Of a stretch of 63,548 bases of DNA, positions 43,537-53,248 are shown piece by piece; positions within the stretch are counted from its first letter, which is position 1; the number at the start of each line of letters is the position of its first letter. A program made the position numbers and the translations under genes. This stretch comes from a virus (taxonomy: Duplodnaviria > Caudoviricetes), in IMG/VR virus record IMGVR_UViG_3300046167_000466, positions 1 to 63,548 of that record. The stretch is one strand, 5' to 3'. The notes under the pieces are model-generated. The model worked only from the letters and a program-made list of their open reading frames with translations, ran no database searches and had not been told where the DNA came from.

Positions 43537-46500
43537 TTAAGGTGTTGGATTATTTGGGTCAGACGCCGCTAATTGTAATGTTACACAAGAAGGGTCACAA
43601 TCTTCTACGAGAGTGTATGTCATATTACCAGCTAACGGAGGCAATACTTCAGTAGAACAGCTATTATCAATAAATACAGTAACATCAAATATTGTAATTG
43701 GAGGCACATCAATAACAGATGCTCTACCTATACCCTGAACAGTGAATTCATTGGTATCTACATTGTTATCTATATTGGTATTAAAAAATGTGTCTTTACC
43801 TTTTATGTTATTAAACCACTTACCTTCTTTATTTAAAAAGTAATCAACCTGTCCTTCTTGAAGATCAGTTACTATAGTTTCAGCCCACCATCCGTCTTTT
43901 TCTATTTGCGTAATAGGCAATAAATTGTTTGCTCTGATTTCAGCTATAGAGTATTCACGGTTAGTAACGTCTATGTTATACTTGTATTCTTTTGCTTCTG
44001 TTCCAGTATAGTTTAATGTTTTATAACCTTTAACCGATAAAGGTGTATTAGCTATAGGCACATTAACTGTGCTAACATACTGCAAACCATAAAAGTTATT
44101 GTAAAGCGTATTAGCTTCATGCTCCCATACTCTACCTTTTTTGAAAGTATAATATTTATTATTTAATGTTAAACCAGATTCTGGTATATATGATTTTCTA
44201 GACGACCAACCATTAACATCTTCTTTAAAAGAAACAGTTGTTTGTTCTGCTGTTTGGGGTAATTTATTTTCCCATTCAGATGTTAAGTTATTTAATGTTA
44301 AATTATATACGCCTTTACTTCCATCAAAGCTACCGATTAATTTATCGTTAATAGCTAAATTGTCAGCAAAGAAATCACCCATTCCGTACCTAGATATCTC
44401 TTCTAATCCGTCTCCGGATAGTCTTAATACAACACCTCTGGATTTGTCTGTAAAGTAAGATCTATATGCGTACTGTGTAAAAGACTCTGGGTTTGTACTA
44501 ATACCAAACTCACCAACATATGGTACAGCTTGACCTAATACTTTCTGATTACTTATAAGCTGCGGACTTCCATCAGCCTCAAATAAAGCGTCTTTATTGG
44601 CTAATACTTTTAAACACTTGTCTTCACATAGCGTTATTAAATCACCGTCTTTAGACCTTGAGTATAGCTTTTGTATACTACCATATATAGGGTTTAAATC
44701 TTTAGTTATAGGTAAAGCTTGTATAAACTGATTGACATTGTTTACACCAGATCTACTATTAAATATTTGTGAAAATATAAATCCTGTTTTTCTATCCTCT
44801 TCTTGATAAGGATCATCTAATACAGCGGAAGCTTTAACACCTTTAGCGATGTATGGTGCATTAAAATCGTCACCAATTCTATTAGACTCAACTCCATTAC
44901 CAAATGATACACAGTTGAAAAAATCTAATGTGTGCTGAGTACCATGCTCAGATATAGAGTAAGCCTTACTGCCTTCGAAATATATATCTAAATCGATTTG
45001 TTCCTTTGGCTCGGTTTCAAATACAGCTGGATTGGTGCTAGTAAATGAACTTGACTCTGTAAAAGAGCTTAAAAGTTCTATAGCTGTTGTAGCACTACTT
45101 TGTCTGTTGCCTCTATCATTTAAAGGCAATATACTTTCTGGCGTCCATACAATTGGCTTATCTAAGTCTAAGTCAAACCTGGTTCTTTTATTTGAACCCC
45201 AGTTACTGTCAGATGACCAACTTTTATCAAAGTTTCTTACACTGTAAGTTCTAGCCCCTGTAGTTGTATAAACCTCGCCATTAGGATCGTCTGTAAACCT
45301 TATTTTAGCGCCTGGCTCTTTTATAGCTTGCACAAAATCTGCAAACTGAGCAGTGCCACTTGTATTACCAAGCTCACCTGTTCTCGCTCCGTGATAATCT
45401 ATACTAATAGTAGTTGCACCTACTTTTATACCAGGAGCAGGATCAGGAGCTTCGTGCGGTCTGTATGTCGTGGAATTGTTAATCTGCCAACCTCCTCGTA
45501 CACCACCACTGCTATATCGCCAATGGCTGTATTCGTTGTAAGCCGTAACTTGGGTATTTCTAAACCCTGTTACTCTAGCCCGTATAGTGTAATCCTCTTC
45601 TTGATTAGCTGATAGTATATTATTATTTAAAGACGCGTTTCTATAAAGCTTAATAAAAAATCTACCTTCAAATTCAGGTTTATTTTCTGTTTTCTTTTTA
45701 AATATTCTAGCGAATAAACCAGTTAAAGGTGCTGATACGTTACCAATAACCTCTTCAATATCGTCTTGTATTTTCGACTCTAAACTTACTCTATACCAAT
45801 CACTACCAGCAGTAAACAAAGCAATCGATGCTACCTCATATTGTATTGATTTAGCATTAGCCGATCCAAATTCTATAACTAATCCAGACTCGCTTTCTAA
45901 CCCATTAAAACTGCTATCTTGCCATTTATCTTTGTCTATGTCTACAAATATAGTATCTGGGCTTGGGAAGCCGCTAGGTTCAAACATACTCTGATCTTGC
46001 AGTCTACCCGCCTCTACTCTTCTGGTCTTTAAGAACAGCGGAGCTTCGTTGCTTATTGCTATAATTTTAAATCTAGCCTCGTCTAGTACTGCAACATCGT
46101 TACTATGCTGCTTCTTCAATACCAAAAAATCTTCTTCAGTAACCTTGTTTCTATCCGAAGAAGGTATCGATAACCATATATTACCATCTTCAGCTAGGTA
46201 GTATCTATCCATAGCTAAATTGTAATACTCTGTAGAAGGGTCTTTAATATAGTATTTAAAATGCGTTGCCCAGCTCGGTGCGGCTGATTGTATTTGAGCA
46301 GTAAAAGATGTGCTGACATTAGAGTATTCTTTCTCTAAAGAAAACCCTGCGTTTTTTGAAGAAAATACTGGAGACTGTCTACCGTACTCATCTTGATAAA
46401 CCACACCTACTTGATATGTTCTTAACGACTTAACACTATTTCTAGGTACAGACGGAACAGGTTCAGTGCCATTTTCAAGTATAGAAAGACTAATTTCTGG

Positions 46501-47862
46501 CTGTATTTCAAAATCGTAGTTTTGTTTATAGTTAGCAAATATTAGTCTATTAGCACTAAACTCCAATGCTTTTGCAGACCTAGGTACATTATCCCATGGT
46601 CTTAACAATTGATTTGCTTCTACGTTTTTATATATAAGTTCAGAATCTAGCTCAAAATCTGTTTCAGATATATCTATATCGTCTACAACATATATACTAG
46701 CACTATTATCCGCTTTATACAAAACCTCTAAACGCTCAACATCATCGGGCGGCGTGTCAAATCCTGAAAGTTTTAATCTTTTTATTGTGTTATACATCCC
46801 AAGGTTATACCCTTTTAATGTATTCCATTCATAACCACCTGGCTCAAAAGCTACTTGTGTAAAAGGAGAAAAAGCCGAATACTGGTTATTGTTAAATTTC
46901 CATCGGTAAGCAAACCTAACAAATTTGTTTTTAAATATACCTTCTGGCTCTACTAAGTCTCCCTCATATAATAAAGATCCTGAAGGAATGTTTTCAGGAG
47001 CAGAAGCTACAATGCACGATATAGATGTCGTGTACACTGGAGCTACAACTTGTAGTCTAAGTATAATATCAACCGACTCTGATCCGTCTGTATCAGTGGT
47101 TGTACATTCTATTGTATCTCCTTCGTTTAAGTTAGGTATTAAGTTTGCTACAATTGTTACTGGAGAACCATTAGGCAAGGTTATTGTATTGCCCTGGGAA
47201 TCTGTAGTTCGGAAGTCGTATGTAAATGTGAAGTTTGTTGGCTCGTTTCTAAACGAAGTAAACAGCTCTATTTGAGGAGGTGTAAGCGGGTGCTTTCTTA
47301 TTACAGTAATATCCTCTTCTATAAAAGGTCTACCGTAGATATTCGAATGGCTTAAAAAACTCACTGCTGAATCTATCCATTTGCTTACATCAAGCTGTTT
47401 GGGCTCTGTTAACCCGTCTGTCCAGTATAATATACCCTCTATTATAGTCAGCCCCGTTATAAGTCGATCTGGGCTAAATTTTAAAATGTTAGCAGTGTCT
47501 ACTAAGACAGGTTTAATTACATTTGTTTGTTCATTAAATTCGTATATAGCGTCGGCTTGATCGTAAGTTATAAAAGAATATATTTTATTAGCAGGCTCAT
47601 CTTTTACGGTTGCTATACACGTTGCATTACTTGGTATAAAATCACCACCACTCCACTCTATAAATTCGCCTGTGTTCTGGTTAAATGATTTATATTTTCT
47701 TTCTAAGTTACCTTGAATATTTTCAATAGCTCCTACATCTGAACCTTGTGAGTCTGACACTTGAATATTTAAAGCGTCCACATAGGCTCCATTAGGAACA
47801 AGTCTTTCGTCGAGGTCTTTGTTCATAGTACCTCCTTGGAAAGTCCTTACAAGTTCCGCCAT
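43537..47862 (-). CDS. Tail stabilisation/nozzle protein (crAss-like)
   Basis: MNKDLDERLVPNGAYVDALNI, RFAYRW, NRLIFANY, YQVGVVY.DEYGR, FGISTNPES, F.E..NGW.S. Confidence 0.8.
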   Translation of the reverse strand: MAELVRTFQGGTMNKDLDERLVPNGAYVDALNIQVSDSQGSDVGAIENIQGNLERKYKSFNQNTGEFIEWSGGDFIPSNATCIATVKDEPANKIYSFITYDQADAIYEFNEQTNVIKPVLVDTANILKFSPDRLITGLTIIEGILYWTDGLTEPKQLDVSKWIDSAVSFLSHSNIYGRPFIEEDITVIRKHPLTPPQIELFTSFRNEPTNFTFTYDFRTTDSQGNTITLPNGSPVTIVANLIPNLNEGDTIECTTTDTDGSESVDIILRLQVVAPVYTTSISCIVASAPENIPSGSLLYEGDLVEPEGIFKNKFVRFAYRWKFNNNQYSAFSPFTQVAFEPGGYEWNTLKGYNLGMYNTIKRLKLSGFDTPPDDVERLEVLYKADNSASIYVVDDIDISETDFELDSELIYKNVEANQLLRPWDNVPRSAKALEFSANRLIFANYKQNYDFEIQPEISLSILENGTEPVPSVPRNSVKSLRTYQVGVVYQDEYGRQSPVFSSKNAGFSLEKEYSNVSTSFTAQIQSAAPSWATHFKYYIKDPSTEYYNLAMDRYYLAEDGNIWLSIPSSDRNKVTEEDFLVLKKQHSNDVAVLDEARFKIIAISNEAPLFLKTRRVEAGRLQDQSMFEPSGFPSPDTIFVDIDKDKWQDSSFNGLESESGLVIEFGSANAKSIQYEVASIALFTAGSDWYRVSLESKIQDDIEEVIGNVSAPLTGLFARIFKKKTENKPEFEGRFFIKLYRNASLNNNILSANQEEDYTIRARVTGFRNTQVTAYNEYSHWRYSSGGVRGGWQINNSTTYRPHEAPDPAPGIKVGATTISIDYHGARTGELGNTSGTAQFADFVQAIKEPGAKIRFTDDPNGEVYTTTGARTYSVRNFDKSWSSDSNWGSNKRTRFDLDLDKPIVWTPESILPLNDRGNRQSSATTAIELLSSFTESSSFTSTNPAVFETEPKEQIDLDIYFEGSKAYSISEHGTQHTLDFFNCVSFGNGVESNRIGDDFNAPYIAKGVKASAVLDDPYQEEDRKTGFIFSQIFNSRSGVNNVNQFIQALPITKDLNPIYGSIQKLYSRSKDGDLITLCEDKCLKVLANKDALFEADGSPQLISNQKVLGQAVPYVGEFGISTNPESFTQYAYRSYFTDKSRGVVLRLSGDGLEEISRYGMGDFFADNLAINDKLIGSFDGSKGVYNLTLNNLTSEWENKLPQTAEQTTVSFKEDVNGWSSRKSYIPESGLTLNNKYYTFKKGRVWEHEANTLYNNFYGLQYVSTVNVPIANTPLSVKGYKTLNYTGTEAKEYKYNIDVTNREYSIAEIRANNLLPITQIEKDGWWAETIVTDLQEGQVDYFLNKEGKWFNNIKGKDTFFNTNIDNNVDTNEFTVQGIGRASVIDVPPITIFDVTVFIDNSCSTEVLPPLAGNMTYTLVEDCDPSCVTLQLAASDPNNPTP

Positions 47863-47865
47863 ATT

Positions 47866-48786
47866 CTAGTGTTTTATTTGCTTAGACTTGCCTCGCATAA
47901 CCTGCGTAAGCTCTTCTAATTTTAAATTCGATAGTCTTAATTTAGCATTTCTTTTGGATGCTCTTGCTTCTTTTTTGTATCTCTGGACAATGTATTCCGG
48001 ATATGATGGCCGCGATGATATAATAGCGTAAGCTATATACTTATATAAAGCTTCTTCTGCAAATTTGTGTATCTTGCTATCTTCATCTGTGGCTAAGCCG
48101 TCTGATACGTATTTTATAGTAACGATCTGACCAACTATGTTTGAACTAAAATGCATTATCCCTCTTATTGGATCTATAAAAAACACGCCATTACTATTTG
48201 CAAACTCTGGGTCTAACCCATATCTTTGTCCGACTCTGCCTTTGTTTAATAGGTCTGTATTATTTACATTTTGAAAGTCTGATTCTAATGTACTACCAGA
48301 ACCTTCCGCTGCTCTAAATCTTTTAAAGGTTTCAGAAGGAGTAGCTGTTACTATTTCACGGCTTTGTTCATCAAATATATATTCATATGAATTATCTTGA
48401 ACATACGGCAACGGGTCTCCTGTTTTTCTTGCTGGGTAAAGTATTCTTTCCATACCAGCACCGTCTGTCATTGATATTTTTGTATAGCCAACAAAATCTT
48501 GCGGCAATGGTACATATAAGGTAGGGCCAACCTCAACTTCAATAAATTTAGCTGTAGGTAAAACATCAAAGCTCATTTCAGCTAAACCACGCTGAGCATG
48601 GAAAGCGACATCACTTCTTTTTAGTCTGGGTATAAGCTTATCTTGGCCAACGTTAGATACAATAAAATTATTTATTACATCACCTATAGAAATAAATTGA
48701 TAATCACCGTAGTTTTCATCGTAGCTATTCCATATACCGTCGGGGCCTAAATAGTATTGTTCGTTATTTTGATATAGTAACCCCAT
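47866..48786 (-). CDS. Tail ring/adaptor structural protein
   Basis: 306 aa; LPQDFVGY motif; position downstream of the head genes. Confidence 0.65.
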   Translation of the reverse strand: MGLLYQNNEQYYLGPDGIWNSYDENYGDYQFISIGDVINNFIVSNVGQDKLIPRLKRSDVAFHAQRGLAEMSFDVLPTAKFIEVEVGPTLYVPLPQDFVGYTKISMTDGAGMERILYPARKTGDPLPYVQDNSYEYIFDEQSREIVTATPSETFKRFRAAEGSGSTLESDFQNVNNTDLLNKGRVGQRYGLDPEFANSNGVFFIDPIRGIMHFSSNIVGQIVTIKYVSDGLATDEDSKIHKFAEEALYKYIAYAIISSRPSYPEYIVQRYKKEARASKRNAKLRLSNLKLEELTQVMRGKSKQIKH

Positions 48787-48789
48787 TTA

Positions 48790-49575
48790 TTATGCTTTTT
48801 CTTGTTGTGTATTTCTAACTTCTTCTTGCGCTGCTATTTGATACATTTGAATATCTTTAACAGATAAGCCAGAAAATTCTAATATTTTGATTACAAGCTC
48901 AGTTTCTTCAGATGGATCTAATTCAAAATCTACAGAGTAAGTAGCGTCATATAACGCTTCTCCGTATACCATTTGATATTTCCACTCTACTTTAGCGGGC
49001 TTACGTATATAATTACACTTTACACCAGAAGTTAATTCTTCATCTCCGTATACATTTATATTGCCATTTTTCGATGTATATATCGGCATACTGTTTTTAG
49101 GCTTAGTTAATGGTGATAAGTTTAAATACAATAGTTCATTACCGTTAACTCTTTCAGCTTCAATTTGATTACTTAATGTTTGTCTGTATATTACAGGATC
49201 ATTGGGTGGGTAATTTGCTATTTGTGTTGGAGAAGGATACAAATCACGTGTAATTGTGTTTGTATATATAACAGTACCAAGGCGGTACATATCTGACGGC
49301 AAAGCATAGTAGTTGTCTGTCAAATTATAAGTTAGCGCTGACTGTGTTTCGAAAGTCGCTATCTTTTTATTGAGTAGATCAAGCATGTCTGAATACTCTG
49401 TATCGTTACCAGGTATTCTTCCAAACTGATTAATATCATAAAAATACTGCTCAAATAAATCGAGTTGTGCTTGGTTTGCAAATAAATTAAACTCCTGAGG
49501 CGTAACATATCCTCGTTGTTCTTTGTTGAGAATACCCAACACTCTTTGATAAACAGTATCTATACTTACGCTCAT
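48790..49575 (-). CDS. Tail ring/tubular protein
   Basis: NKEQRGYVTPQEFN, LPSD, YIRKP motifs. Confidence 0.65.
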   Translation of the reverse strand: MSVSIDTVYQRVLGILNKEQRGYVTPQEFNLFANQAQLDLFEQYFYDINQFGRIPGNDTEYSDMLDLLNKKIATFETQSALTYNLTDNYYALPSDMYRLGTVIYTNTITRDLYPSPTQIANYPPNDPVIYRQTLSNQIEAERVNGNELLYLNLSPLTKPKNSMPIYTSKNGNINVYGDEELTSGVKCNYIRKPAKVEWKYQMVYGEALYDATYSVDFELDPSEETELVIKILEFSGLSVKDIQMYQIAAQEEVRNTQQEKA

Positions 49576-49587
49576 ATTTTTTTATTT

Positions 49588-49626
49588 ATAGTAATTAGGC
49601 CACTCATACAATGGCCTAACCACTAT
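49588..49626. terminator. Intergenic hairpin (terminator or processing site)
   Basis: atagtaattaggcca / tggcctaaccactat. Confidence 0.5.
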
Positions 49627-49632
49627 GAGTGA

Positions 49633-50463
49633 CTATTTAAGTCTTTTTTCAATTGCTTTATAAACCTCAACACCGTCATCAGTTTTAAACCATGCAGCTA
49701 ATGCTGAATATGGATTTTCATCGAATGGTATAGTTAAAAGCTTTCTTTTAGTATCGCCGTACGTAAAAGTTCTTTGATCTGCTGATAATTGTATAATGCG
49801 TGACTCAACAGCTTTAATACCAAAGTTTCTTAATTGTACATTATCGTCTTTAGCAAGCTCAACAAACAGTAAAGGTTTTCTTTTTGCAAAAATCAAACCA
49901 TCGCGTTTTAATTCGCTGCTTGACAAGTCATTAACTTTGTTACCAAATTCAACTCTTAAAATAGCTTCTAGCTCATCTATGCTAAGTGACTTAGCTAGGT
50001 TTAGCGCTTCTATTTCAGCCTCAATCCAATCTAATTGATTTGCAGCTTGTTGTACTGGCTTGTACTCTTCATACACCTCGTCTTTGAAAGGGTGGTATAA
50101 TGAAAGTAGTTTTTGTAAATTTTGATTTTCTTTTGGCACACGTAATGCCCCATCTCTCATTACAATTCTACCTAAAGTGGCAGGTCCTTGTTGTTCATCA
50201 ACAAATGGCGATCTTTGGTTGGTAGCGTATTTTAACTCACGCTGGTAACCTTTATTTTCGTCAAACCACATTAAGGGTCTTTTTGCTGAATGTTTAGATG
50301 GTATTGTAAATACTAAAGGTTGTTTATTGCTTTTAAGCGTATATAATCTATCTTTAATTTCCCACTCTGGTTTAGCGGGTTGTTTTTTAATTTGTTGTGT
50401 TTTTTCAACAACTGGCTGAGGCGCAACCTCAACTTTTTCTTCTGCGTTAGCTTTCTTAGCCAT
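49633..50463 (-). CDS. Hypothetical protein downstream of the major capsid gene
   Basis: 276 aa. Confidence 0.7.
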   Translation of the reverse strand: MAKKANAEEKVEVAPQPVVEKTQQIKKQPAKPEWEIKDRLYTLKSNKQPLVFTIPSKHSAKRPLMWFDENKGYQRELKYATNQRSPFVDEQQGPATLGRIVMRDGALRVPKENQNLQKLLSLYHPFKDEVYEEYKPVQQAANQLDWIEAEIEALNLAKSLSIDELEAILRVEFGNKVNDLSSSELKRDGLIFAKRKPLLFVELAKDDNVQLRNFGIKAVESRIIQLSADQRTFTYGDTKRKLLTIPFDENPYSALAAWFKTDDGVEVYKAIEKRLK

Positions 50464-50489
50464 AATATGATATAATAAAAATGTTAATA

Positions 50490-50530
50490 AAGGTAATAAC
50501 TACCCCCGTAAATTCAACGAGGGTAATTAC
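50490..50530 (-). terminator. Hairpin terminator after the major capsid gene
   Basis: - strand gtaattaccctcgt-tgaattt-acgggggtagttat followed by a T-rich tract. Confidence 0.6.
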
Positions 50531-50543
50531 TACAGTAAAAATA

Positions 50544-51959
50544 CTAGCTTGTTGCTTTCAACAATACAAAGTTGTTAGCAGCTTGTACACATAGTGCTCT
50601 TTCAGATAAGAAATGAACATTCATTTCATCAGCGTCACTTGTGAAGTTACCACCAACTGATCCAGTCACCCAAGACTTTAATCTACGGTCATCAGCTTCA
50701 GAAGCTCTGTAGCGAATATGTAGGAATGGTCGTGAGATATTCTTTCCTAATTGTTGATCATAAACTGTTGAAGTTCCTGCTGGTACCAAAACACCTTCAA
50801 TATCTGCAACCAATCCACGAGTTGTAGAATCGTTTAGATATTTCCAGTCAGTCTTATAAAAATCATAAGAACCTCTTCGGAATCCAGAGAATCCTAAGTT
50901 TAGAGCCATATCTTCAGAGTTGTCAAATACACCGTAAGATGTACCGCCAGCTCCGTAAGAATTTTGTTGTGCTAGCATGTTATCGATAGACAAAGAAGTT
51001 CCACGATCTAGGAAAAGCATGTTTTCTTCGATAGCACCTTGCTTATCAAGTTCAGCTAGAATAGTATCAAATTCAGCAAGACCTGCACCATCTGCAGCGG
51101 CAAAGTCAGCGTCATTATATACTAAACCACGAGTCTCTAATACAGAGAATAAACCGTCAGAACCAGTAATCGCTGAACCGCCTCCAAATCCAGAAGCAGG
51201 AGTGATAGCTCTTGTTGTTCCATCAACGTTTAATGATTTCTCAGCTTCAACCATAGCCATTTCAAGTTGATCTTCAAAACGGATACGAGCTTCGTGCTCA
51301 GATTTTAAGTACCAAAGGTAACCAGAAGTTCCAGCTTCAGTAGTTACTTCTACCCAACCAATTTGAGCAACATCAGAACCGTTTACATTATACTTATCTC
51401 TAAGGATAATTGGCTTGTTGTTGAAAGTTGTGAAAGAAGCGTCAACTGAATTACCAGCGTTGCTAGTTCCTTTAGCATATTCAGAACCGTAAACAAATAC
51501 TTTTACGTCGTCCCCAGTTACTGTAATACCAGAAACCTCACCGTAAGTATCTACAGTTACAGTTTGTCCTACTACGTCTTTAACATAAGCTTTCTGAGTA
51601 GTGAATCCTTTAGACACGATAATAGTCATACCTTTACCGATCAAGTGACCAGCTGGGAATGTAAGATTAGCTGTATCTACTACAGAAACATCGTCATAAG
51701 CGATATGTAAACGACCTTGCTCAGACCATACTACTTGGTCAGAAGCCATAGGCATCTCTGCCCCAACCATACGTAAAAATCCAGAGATAGTACGATTACC
51801 GTATCTCTCTACTTCTTTTTCGTATACTTCAGGTAGAAATTGTTGTGTAAAATCCATCTCTCCTACAGAAAGATAGTTGTCACCAAACAAGCCCTTTACT
51901 GGGCGTGGGGTCAAGTGACTTAGGTTTGCCAACGAGGTTGGCGAAGTTGCAAATGCCAT
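50544..51959 (-). CDS. Major capsid protein
   Basis: 471 aa after portal and scaffold; biased highly-expressed codon usage; followed by a terminator; SDGLF and GFSGFRRG segments. Confidence 0.8.
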   Translation of the reverse strand: MAFATSPTSLANLSHLTPRPVKGLFGDNYLSVGEMDFTQQFLPEVYEKEVERYGNRTISGFLRMVGAEMPMASDQVVWSEQGRLHIAYDDVSVVDTANLTFPAGHLIGKGMTIIVSKGFTTQKAYVKDVVGQTVTVDTYGEVSGITVTGDDVKVFVYGSEYAKGTSNAGNSVDASFTTFNNKPIILRDKYNVNGSDVAQIGWVEVTTEAGTSGYLWYLKSEHEARIRFEDQLEMAMVEAEKSLNVDGTTRAITPASGFGGGSAITGSDGLFSVLETRGLVYNDADFAAADGAGLAEFDTILAELDKQGAIEENMLFLDRGTSLSIDNMLAQQNSYGAGGTSYGVFDNSEDMALNLGFSGFRRGSYDFYKTDWKYLNDSTTRGLVADIEGVLVPAGTSTVYDQQLGKNISRPFLHIRYRASEADDRRLKSWVTGSVGGNFTSDADEMNVHFLSERALCVQAANNFVLLKATS

Positions 51960-51985
51960 TTTATTATTTTTTAATGGTTAACTAA

Positions 51986-53191
51986 TTATTTCTTTTTAAT
52001 CCTTAGCTTTGAACCGCGTACATTATCACCGGGCACTGCTCTAATAGTCCAGCCATTCTGTGTCGTAACTTTTTCATGAGTCCCTCTCGGATCCATATCT
52101 ACGTTTTTAGACCTGGCTACGCTATCTTTCATTGCATCAGCTTTTCCTTGTTCGTAAAAGTGATTGGCAATAGTATCAGCGTTCATTGCTGTGAATAAAG
52201 ATTTGTGATACCCTTTAGCATCAACCATTTCATTTTTATCATTCAAGAACTTCTTGACGAAATTATTAATGTTGCTTTGGGTTTCTTTAACTTTATTCGC
52301 ATCTTTTACTTTGAACCGATATTTTTTATCCCCCACAGAATAATCAAAACCTTTGAAATCTGTACTAAATACATTATCAGTTTTTTGTAAAAATGTTTTT
52401 GCTTGCTGGTTTTCAACTTTTTGAGCCGCTTCTTGTTCTTTGTTATAGCGATCAAAAAATTCTACAGCTTTTTGCTGATCAGGGTTTAATCTTGATCCAG
52501 CTTTAATTTCTTCGTAATATTTGGATTTTAATCCATCTAAATGCTTTTTAGCTTTAGCTGCTTCCTCTTTAAAAGCAATTTTAGCTTTTTTAATAGCACG
52601 TTCGTCATCTAATTCCTCATCGTAAGAAAACTCTTCCATTAAGACGTTTATGTCTTCTGAATCTAGATGAGGTTTTGTTGTTTCATAATACTCTTTAATT
52701 AATTGAGCTTCGTTTAATTGAGAGTAATCAGTATTTAGCTTTACGTAGTCTTGCAACGTTCCACCGGTTTCATTCATAAATTCAACTACCTTCTGTATAT
52801 TCTCAGGCAGTTCTATACCAGCTTCCGCTTCAACTAATGCTTGTTCTACTTGCTCTTCTAATTCTTCGGCAGCCTCTTCGACCTCTTCACCTGTTACTTC
52901 TTCAAGAACGGGTGTTTCATTTTGTTCGGGCTCCCGTACTTCTTCAACCACTTCTTCGCTACTTGGCGAGTCTTCGGATTCTCCGACAACATCATTGCTG
53001 TCATCTGCGCTTTGCTCTTGAACGGCATCTTCTTGTGGCTTATTTAATTCTGCTAAATTAATTTTAATTGTACCTTCCTCGTCTTGTGTTACAGGGGTGG
53101 GTCCATTCTCTTCAGCTACACTCGTTTCCGGCGCAGCCTGTTCTTGAGTTTCCTCTTGGTTATCAAGAACTTCTTCTTGGTTTTCTGACAT
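51986..53191 (-). CDS. Probable scaffolding protein
   Basis: Very acidic N-terminus, coiled coil, between portal and capsid genes. Confidence 0.65.
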   Translation of the reverse strand: MSENQEEVLDNQEETQEQAAPETSVAEENGPTPVTQDEEGTIKINLAELNKPQEDAVQEQSADDSNDVVGESEDSPSSEEVVEEVREPEQNETPVLEEVTGEEVEEAAEELEEQVEQALVEAEAGIELPENIQKVVEFMNETGGTLQDYVKLNTDYSQLNEAQLIKEYYETTKPHLDSEDINVLMEEFSYDEELDDERAIKKAKIAFKEEAAKAKKHLDGLKSKYYEEIKAGSRLNPDQQKAVEFFDRYNKEQEAAQKVENQQAKTFLQKTDNVFSTDFKGFDYSVGDKKYRFKVKDANKVKETQSNINNFVKKFLNDKNEMVDAKGYHKSLFTAMNADTIANHFYEQGKADAMKDSVARSKNVDMDPRGTHEKVTTQNGWTIRAVPGDNVRGSKLRIKKK

Positions 53192-53223
53192 GATAAAATA
53201 TTATATAATTATACACTACTATT

Positions 53224-53248
53224 ATTACCTAGGCTCGAAAGAACCTAA
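53224..53248 (-). promoter_or_regulatory. Putative late promoter TTAG-N15-GGTAAT for scaffold and capsid
   Basis: Same spacing as the other four copies. Confidence 0.5.
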
